Shown piece by piece: positions 1 to 6,533 of a DNA stretch of 6,533 nucleotides (the first letter of the stretch is position 1; each line of letters starts with the position of its first letter). The translations under genes and the position numbers were made by a program. The notes beneath the pieces are model-generated. The model did no database searches. It had not been told where the DNA came from and worked only from the letters and a program-made list of their open reading frames with translations. The stretch is from positions 1 to 6,533 of the forward strand of contig BAAFSQ010000436.1 in assembly GCA_054661495.1 (NCBI GenBank). The letters are read 5' to 3'. Origin of the DNA: Zygophlyctis sp. KS116 (Eukaryota; Fungi; Chytridiomycota).

Positions 1-153
1 TTTCCGTAAAATTCGCGGGTCGGAAAAAAGAATTAAACAATAATCTTTAGACCAAATTTAATATTTAATAACATTATATTTAGCAATTTCTAATATTCTA
101 TTCAGTAGATCAGAATCACAAAAAAAAACTATTTTTATTTTATAAAATTTAAG

Positions 154-160
154 AAAAAAA
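154..160 (-). terminator. RNA polymerase III oligo-T terminator of U6
   Basis: A7 on the + strand gives T7 on the - strand, immediately after the U6 3' region. Confidence 0.85.
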
Positions 161-215
161 TTTCGGCCGAAGCCGTATCCACTCTTGTGCGATGTGTCAT
201 CCATACCCTGGGACC

Positions 216-246
<31 letters not shown>

Positions 247-268
247 TATTGTGTTATGTAAACATAAC
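154..268 (-). ncRNA. U6: U6 spliceosomal snRNA (~115 nt, intronless)
   Basis: The minus strand reads GTTATGTTTACATAAC-ACAATAAAAATTGGAACGATACAGAGAAGATTAGCATGGTCCCAGGGTATGGATGACAC-ATCGCACAAGAGTGGATACGGCTTCGGCCGAAA-TTTTTTT. It contains the invariant U6 core: ACAGAGA box at 232-226, AGC triad at 220-218 and ISL at 216-195. There is a 5' stem-loop GTTATG/CATAAC (268-253) and a T7 end. The 5' end is inferred from the first G of that stem-loop. Confidence 0.97.
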
Positions 269-286
269 GAATATGAAAGCAATTTT

Positions 287-298
287 TTTATATAAATA
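287..298. promoter_or_regulatory. TATA box for U6 (Pol III); palindromic, possibly shared with the divergent gene starting at 383
   Basis: The minus strand reads TATTTATATAAA at about -30 to -19 from the inferred U6 +1 (268). The core TTTATATAAA (287-296) is a perfect palindrome, giving TATATAAA on both strands. Confidence 0.65.
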
Positions 299-382
299 CT
301 TGCAAATTTTTATCACTAAAATAATTGTGGGTTTAACCTAATTTTCAAAAAGCAAAATTTCGATTCAAATTCTCATCTTTAA

Positions 383-1777
383 ATGACAAGAAAGAAGACA
401 AAGTCAGTTAATGTTTCAGACACTGGGGATATTACCGATGCAAGTGTTGTCCCCAAAGAAAATGAAATTCAAATGAATGATGTTGTGATTGATGATCAGT
501 CTGATAAAGGAATAATTGATGATTCTACTCTTGACAAGGAAGGATCGGATTTAGAAAGTGTTGATGTGAATGATCGTGAAGAGTTTAAAGATGAGTATAA
601 TGATCCCAATGTTTCTCTTCCAACGCCCCCAACAGAGAAGGAAGGTGTAGCTGGATTTAATCTTGTAAAGGCATCGGGATTCACTGATACTTCTTCTCCG
701 ACAGTGTCTAAATCAGATCTACCGGATCATGCAACTCCATCTCCAATTGTGACTGCCAAAAGTTTGCCATTGCCCCCAAAAGAAATATTTGGATCTCCTG
801 AAATGCCTCAGTCTCCAATGGTTGCTCATAATGATCCAACGGTTCCAGAGTCTAAATCAAAAGTATTTACTAAAAGAATGGATGTAAGTTTAGAAATACT
901 AAATTGTAGTATATGATTAATGAATTTTTTGTTTCTATATTTCAACAAAAGATTAAAGAAAAACTGGGTTCTCATGTACGTTTTCTTTTTTAAAAATTCT
1001 AGTGGGCTCATATAACTGCACAGCCAGAAGTTAATGCTGCTATAAAACAAGTCCAAGATATGTATGAAACTTTTGTCAAGATGCAAAAAGTAGTTGAAAA
1101 GCAAATTTTGGCAATGGAAGCATTGACTATTGTGGAAGGGGAATCTTCTTTATTCTTTCAGCAATTGGGGTAATTAAAAAGATTTAATAGTAGTTTTCAA
1201 GAATCTGTTGGTTCTATTCATGAAAAATTGGTTGGTCTTGGAATTCAGTATCATGAATGTACTAAAAGTCGTCAATCAAGTATTTTAGCGCTAAATACTT
1301 TTCTTACATTTATATTAAATTTCAGAGAAAAGGCTATAAAGGACACTCTTGATACTAGAGATCGTCAAGTAATTTCAAGACAAGAGTTGGATGCAATTGC
1401 TTCAAGAGTAAATTTTTTAATTTCTAATACATAGCTTGGACAGATGGAAGAACGAAATCTCAAGAGTTATGCTAAATCAAACCATTCATCTAAAAATAAA
1501 AAGGCAGATTTTTCAACTGCTAGCGAAAAGGAATTGGAAAAAATGCGAATAATTTTTAATGAGACCAAGGAAAAATACAAGACTTTGTCTACTCAATTGA
1601 TTGATAAGGCTGGAATTTTGGTATTTATATTTTTCAATTGATAATTAGCAAATGAAATTAGAAGTTGATTTTGCTCAACAGTTGGATCTAGTTAGTGATT
1701 CTCTTTGTTTTACTAAAATTGTTGAAGATGTGAAAAAGGCAGATCCTGTCACGGAAGCATCAGAGTCTACCTCTTGA
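383..1777 (+). CDS. Arfaptin-homology (AH)/BAR-domain protein, ICA69-like, with a ~160-aa acidic Pro/Ser-rich N-terminus (420 aa, 6 exons)
   Basis: Exons 383-883, 910-975, 1003-1169, 1194-1407, 1435-1620 and 1649-1777 total 1263 nt and stay open to TGA 1775-1777. GT-AG introns: 884-909, 976-1002, 1170-1193, 1408-1434, 1621-1648. The spliced protein has QQKIKEKLGSHWAHITAQPEVNAAI...FFQQLGFQE...SRQSSILALNTFLTFILNFREKAIKDTLDT...SRQELDA...KEKYKTLSTQLIDKAGIL. By eye this lines up with recalled arfaptin/ICA69 motifs (EKLG; HVVASDADLDAKL; QGFQD; ETFRHRAISDT; FDKLKMDVCQKVDLL). The family call was not checked by HMM. Confidence 0.8.
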
Positions 1778-4700
1778 TTGCTATTCAATATAATGTTTTT
1801 GTCAATGATTTCCGATAATGTATTTTGAGCCATTGCCCTTGAAACCTGTCAACCGCCCTTGCCAGTGGAATGAAATTTGGCCAGCATCTGAGCCGGAATA
1901 TCCAATCAGAATGGGCTAGACATTATTTGTTGTACAAGACTCTTAAACGAATCATCAAATCTGCGATCAGCGGAAAAGTCGCAAGGACAAATCCTAGAGA
2001 AACAGGTAATTTATACTTTCCAATCATAGAATTTACTAATTTTCTATTAAGTGAGTCTGCAAAGATTGAATCTTTCTTCAAAAAACAATTCGGAAAGTAT
2101 ACCGACTCATGTGCTAAATGTAATTTTATCTAATTTAATGCGCAGACGAGTCTCAAACCCCAACGGATCATGAAGCCATTACGAGTGTACTTCAGACACT
2201 CAATGATCTAGACGATAAAGTATGCGATTTATTTAAATTTTGTGATTTGAATAAGACGGGGATAAGAAAGATTCTCAAAAAGTAATCATTTTATCTCTCT
2301 TATACAAGATTTGACAAAAAATTGGATAGATCAATAGCAGAACAATTTTACAATAAGCATGTATTTTGTTTCACTCTGATAATTTTTAGATTGCGATTCT
2401 GGATTTTCAGAAAGAAGATAACGTACATAAACTGCTGGAAAGGATACGACATATCAAGTCTAATTTAGCAGATATAGAATTGAGAAGGAGCCCATCTATG
2501 CATTCAGTTTTAGTGAGTAGAAAAGAGAATATAAATGATGCATTAACAAGGGATGATCCAGAGGTTTTGGAATCGTTGATTTCACTTTTTACGATAGATT
2601 TGAATCAAACTATGGAAAAGGCATGTGCGAAAAAGGCTTTGAAATGCATTTCTTGGCTGGCTGAACAACCAAAAGTCTGGACTGAACCAATATCAAATTC
2701 TTTATACTCGCAAACAATATTTCATCGGGTAGTGTCAAAGTCTGGAAATGATCCTACAGTACTGAAGCATTTATTGCAAACTTTTCATTCTGATATAGTA
2801 CATTCTTTGCTTCTATCGCAAGATGAGGCTGGTAGAAGGCCAATGCATTATGCAGCAGTTCTTGGATATGATGAAATAGTTCGTGTTAGTCTAGATGCGC
2901 TTCCAAATGCATTTGAATTGCCCGGCTGGTGTGATAATGATAGTAACTCTCCCTTGGATCTGGCCATTATGAAGGGAAACGATCGGGTTGCTAAAATTAT
3001 ACTGGAATATCCTTGCTGGAGAAAATGGGAAGAATCTCAGCATCCTCATGAAGCAAAAGTTCATGATGCTGGATCATTACTGCTTATGGCATGCTCTCTT
3101 GGGCGATCTGAAATAGTCAAGATATTATTGGCCAATGATGTCGATATATTTTCAATTAATAATGATGGAGAAGTAATTTTGCTTAGTTAATATATAGAAT
3201 ACTCTTCATCTTGCTGCTTCATATGGACATTTAGAAACTGTGAAGCTTCTTTTATCGTGGAATAAGGATTCAGATTTTCTTAATTCTCGTGATAAAAGTT
3301 TTGGTCGGACGGCTCTAATGATGGCCTCTATGAAAGGCTATATTGATATTGTAAAATATTTGATTGAATCTAAAGCCCAAATAAATGTCACTGATACTAC
3401 TGGAATGAATCCTCATGAGGTAAGTGTTTACTATATTAAATTTTAGCATGCGGTATATCGTGGTCATAGTCTAATTTCCTCAATTTTAAATTCTTCAATT
3501 GAAAAATATCCCAAAAAACCCTCATATCTACGAGATGATGATTGTTCAATAGAAAGAATAGCTTCAGAAAAGGTTTATGGTCTGGGTGGCCCATTGAAAG
3601 ATACATTAATTCACGTATATCTTGGCTCTTTAGATAATCGAATACCCACCCCTCATATTAATATTAAAGAAGATTTAATTCCAGTTGATAAGACTTTTGG
3701 TGCATATTCATTAATTGTATCTGCGAAAGGAGCACGGTTCGTAGCAAAATCTGCGAGGATCAATGGGATGATGAAGTTTTCAATGCCCATTTCGAACAGC
3801 CTCAAATTGAAATCAATCGCCTTGGAGTGCGATAGTGAGAATTATAAAGAAGTAGAAATATACTTTGATGTATTACCTATTCAAAATGTTGATGATATTG
3901 GTCTTATTAAACCAATTGCAAGGGCAACATTGTTACTTGCCTCCCCTCACGAAGGTTCAATTCATTTTTATATAACTTTTAGCATTATGGAAGGAGAGAT
4001 CGGCAATTGGGGGTAGATTTTTTGTGCCTTTTGTTTGTTCATCTACCATGAAAACCATAGGGACTTTATTATCCGAAATTGTTGTTGTAACACCTTTTAG
4101 CCATCCTAAACTTGACAATGTAGGAGGAGTGGGCCGATATTGGACGTCTCTCGTGAATAAGGTATTCTTGACCAAGTAATTATTCAGATTATTGGACATC
4201 GGGGGCTTGGAATGAATAGATCTATTAAAGAGAATCCTCATTTGCAGCTACATGAAAATTCTATAGAGTCGCTAACAAAGGCAGGAGATTTTGGTGCAGA
4301 ATATGTCGAGTTTGGTAATTTCAAATTTAGAATAATTGCAGATGTCCAACTTACAAAGGATAATATTCCAGTATTATACCATGATTGTAATTACTAAAAT
4401 AGCTAATGAAAAGTTTTAGTTGGTGAGCTTGATGTTTGTGTTCCTGTAAATGCTTTAAATGTAGCTGAATTTCTTTCAATAAGACCCTCAAGAAGCCATA
4501 CTAAAACTGGAACTTTAATTTTAAGGAGTAAAAGTGCTGCTAATATTCATGAAAATGAAAATATTATAACTGGCGACGTAAATTACACTATAAAACATCC
4601 ATTTGCGACTTTGGAAGAGGCCTTAAAGGTATTCCAATTATATATTTACTTTGATAAGACTGTTCCAATAAGCATTGGATTTAACATTGAAGTTAAATAT

Positions 4701-5508
4701 CCCAATACCGAAGAGGCTGAAAAAAACGATTTATATCATCCAGAGATTAATCTGTTTTGTGATAATATCTTGGATGCAGTATTTACTCATGCGAATGGTA
4801 GAAAAATATATTTCTCATCCTTTCATCCAGAAATTTGCCTAATGTTATGTAAAAAGCAAGTAAGATACTTTATAGTCTAAATTGCAGCATCATTTCCCAG
4901 TTTTCTATTTGACCGAAGCAGGTGCAGGGAAATTCTATGATGAAAGATTAAATTCTCTTAGATCAGCTGTTGATGTTGCTAACAGATGTGGATGTCTCGG
5001 AATAGTGGCTAAAAGTGACCCAATCATAGAAGCACCGCGGCTAGTTCAGAAGATTAGGAAATCTGGACTTTTATTGTTTACATATGGATCAAAAAACAAT
5101 ATTGTAGAAAACGCAAAGATTCAAACTGCTTATGGAGTGGATGCGATCATTTGTGACAAGGTTCGCCATGTGTACTCGGGAATACGTGAGTAAATAGTAA
5201 ACGTCATCCGTTTTAATTTTGAAAATGTCTGATGCCATTCTAATGTCCAAACCTCACTTTAGCTTTGGGAATGTTTCAAATTTCAATGTCCCATCACTAT
5301 CAATTCCAAAACAAAATCCCATGACTATGAAAGCGTCCGAAAGCATTGATCCTCAAAGCCACTCAAGATCATTAGCCAAAATAGCCTCATTGGAGAGGAC
5401 CATTGATCGATTAAACCGTTGTCATTCTACAGTTCTAAAAGATCTTTATAAAGAGGTTGAAAATCTACAAAATACCATTACAGGTAAGTGATGCTCTTTA
5501 ACGATCAG
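884..5508 (+). other. Set of 18 ultrashort U2-type spliceosomal introns (24-30 nt)
   Basis: 884-909(26), 976-1002(27), 1170-1193(24), 1408-1434(27), 1621-1648(28), 2006-2029(24), 2120-2145(26), 2282-2308(27), 2361-2389(29), 3173-3197(25), 3420-3446(27), 3955-3982(28), 4162-4187(26), 4315-4341(27), 4387-4413(27), 4629-4658(30), 4860-4887(28), 5484-5508(25). All are GT..AG and AT-rich. Removing them restores continuous frames and, in most cases, conserved motifs. Confidence 0.9.
1870..5193 (+). CDS. GDE1: Glycerophosphocholine/glycerophosphodiester phosphodiesterase Gde1-like (SPX + ankyrin repeats + GDPD; 999 aa, 13 exons)
   Basis: Exons 1870-2005, 2030-2119, 2146-2281, 2309-2360, 2390-3172, 3198-3419, 3447-3954, 3983-4161, 4188-4314, 4342-4386, 4414-4628, 4659-4859 and 4888-5193 total 3000 nt. 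SPX motifs: MKFG...EW...YLLYKTLKRIIK and LNKTGIRKILKKFDK. Ankyrin motifs: GRRPMHYAAVLG, SPLDLAIMKG, GENTLHLAASYGH, GRTALMMASMKG. GDPD motifs: IIGHRGLG, EN, EYVEFDVQLTKD, YHDF, FNIEVKYP, FSSFHP, TYG..NN, GVDAIICD. The intact catalytic His/Glu/Asp residues favour Gde1 over the Pho81-type pseudo-enzyme. Confidence 0.93.
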
Positions 5509-6488
5509 ACTTGACTCTTAAAAAGTCTGCCAAAACCACCAGTCTATCTGATGTTTGCCATAAAAAGGTTGAAATTTCAGAATCAAAAACAGCTCAGTCT
5601 ACGACACCCAATGATACTCAGGAATCAATATATTTACTTTTACAAGAACAGAAAAACAAATATAGAGGAATCGTTGATCGTCTTTCTCATGATAATAAGA
5701 AAAAATCACATACGATAGACATATTTAAAAATCAGTTAGATCTTATAAAGAAGGCACTTTCTCTCGCAGGATTAGAATTAGATATGAAAGAATTGCAAGC
5801 ATTAGTGTCTCATAGAGTCAAGGAAAAAGATGAACAAGAACTTAAAGTAGAAAAAACAAATCTAAATGAAAAAATCGAGGAATCATCTTTAATTCCACAA
5901 ACACAAGTAGAATTAGATATTGAATCAGTTAAAGTCATTGAATCAGAGTCAAATCAAACCAAAAAACAATTAAACTTGGAAGAAACTCAAACTCAAATTT
6001 CAAAGTCCTACATTAAGAATGTCTTGAATCTTAATCGTAAATCTAATCTTGTAAATCATGAAAATCCACATGTACAAGAGGGAGTCATTAAATTAAGTAA
6101 AGATTCAAAGACAGATCCAGAAATTCAAAAAGAAGACTCTACGCTGCAAGAGCCAATAAAAGCAATTTTTAATCAAAAAGAACCGTTACCACCAATACAC
6201 CACATTGATGAAAAAATTCTAAAGAGCGCAGTCAATACTTTTGGTAGAAAGGACGGACCTCAAACAATGACTTGTGATAAAACAGAGTCTATAGCTCATT
6301 TTGAAGATTTTGAAACAGTTAGTCTCAATCGATGGAAGAATGATACAGATTCAGTAATTACTACAGAGAATCATTCAATTTTGGAATTGCTGAATAAGCA
6401 CAAGTCTGACAAGCTTGAAAGAAAACAAAAATTGCGTGAAAAGAGATTTCGGTCAAAGAACCTTGCCAGGGACCTAGACTCGCGGTAA
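5225..6488 (+). CDS. CCDC92/CCDC74-domain coiled-coil protein (412 aa, 2 exons)
   Basis: Exons 5225-5483 and 5509-6488, with a 25-nt intron at 5484-5508 (GTAAGT...TTAAC...CAG). The spliced junction gives IASLERTIDRLNRCHSTVLKDLYKEVENLQNTITDLTLK, resembling the recalled CCDC92 N-terminal pattern (L..FL...H...L..LH.EI..LQ....DLT..L). The rest is K/E/S-rich coiled-coil or low-complexity sequence. The start could instead be the ATG at 5243. Confidence 0.72.
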
Positions 6489-6490
6489 AA

Positions 6491-6496
6491 AATAAA
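6491..6496 (+). promoter_or_regulatory. Putative polyadenylation signal AATAAA for the CCDC92-like gene
   Basis: AATAAA lies 2 nt after the TAA stop and is followed by T-rich sequence. The motif is common by chance in AT-rich DNA. Confidence 0.4.
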
Positions 6497-6533
6497 CTTT
6501 TTCGAGTGAAATTAAGCTTTTCCTTTTTTCTCG

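Noticed and set aside
161-175. Bacterial rho-independent terminator reading of the hairpin plus T-run
   Set aside because: The context is a eukaryotic Pol III U6 gene, where the T-run alone is the terminator.
58-282. 74-aa minus-strand ORF (…KIGTIQRRLAW…)
   Set aside because: It is a spurious translation of the U6 snRNA gene plus AT-rich flank, with a TTG start.
362-372. B-box-like GATTCAAATTC
   Set aside because: It mismatches the GTTCRANNC core and lies upstream of U6 rather than within or downstream of it.
496-684. 62-aa minus-strand ORF
   Set aside because: It is an antisense shadow of exon 1 of the AH-BAR gene with no recognisable motifs.
931-951. Possible additional 21-nt in-frame intron (gtttct…aaaag)
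   Set aside because: The donor is weak, the length is below the observed range, and retaining it preserves the Q..I.EKLG arfaptin-like helix.
826-1104. 92-aa minus-strand ORF
   Set aside because: It is antisense to well-supported exons and introns, with an F/L/K/N-rich composition typical of non-coding AT-rich frames.
1691-1727. Possible extra intron GTTAGT…ACTAA…GAAG in the last exon of gene 1
   Set aside because: At 37 nt it is outside the observed 24-30 nt range, the frame is open without it, and splicing would give an immediate stop. It cannot be fully excluded without RNA data.
3957-4241. 94-aa minus-strand ORF
   Set aside because: It is antisense to GDE1 exons containing TPFSHP and IIGHRG.
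5161-5175. X-box (RFX)-like GTTCGCCATGTGTAC upstream of the CCDC92-like gene
   Set aside because: It matches the GTNRCC-N-RGYAAC consensus poorly and is explained by GDE1 coding sequence (VRHVY).
1870-5193. Pseudogene, programmed frameshifting or stop-codon reassignment as the cause of ORF fragmentation
   Set aside because: Every stop or frameshift falls inside a GT-AG segment of 24-30 nt whose removal restores the frame and conserved motifs. TAA and TGA serve as normal terminators.
1870-5193. PHO81-type CDK inhibitor (same SPX-ANK-GDPD architecture)
   Set aside because: The GDPD catalytic motifs (GHRG, ExD, YHD, NIExK) are intact, which fits Gde1.

Overview
AT-rich, very compact eukaryotic genomic DNA, most consistent with an early-diverging, probably flagellated fungus or close relative (chytrid/Rozella-like; this is inference). 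The ORF track is fragmented because the genes carry 18 tiny GT-AG introns of 24-30 nt. After manual splicing the window holds four genes. (1) A minus-strand U6 snRNA gene (~268->154) with an upstream TATA, a T7 terminator, a diverged but covarying ISL and an atypical 3' C(UUCG)G hairpin. (2) A 6-exon gene (383-1777, 420 aa) for an ICA69/arfaptin-like AH-BAR protein. (3) A 13-exon GDE1-like SPX-ankyrin-glycerophosphodiester phosphodiesterase (1870-5193, 999 aa). (4) A 2-exon CCDC92/CCDC74-domain coiled-coil gene (5225-6488, 412 aa). The most notable signal is a miniaturised splicing system: ~27-nt introns with eroded +5G donors and a near-fixed TRA-N5-AG branch/acceptor spacing, next to an unusual U6. 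No mobile element or CRISPR array was seen.
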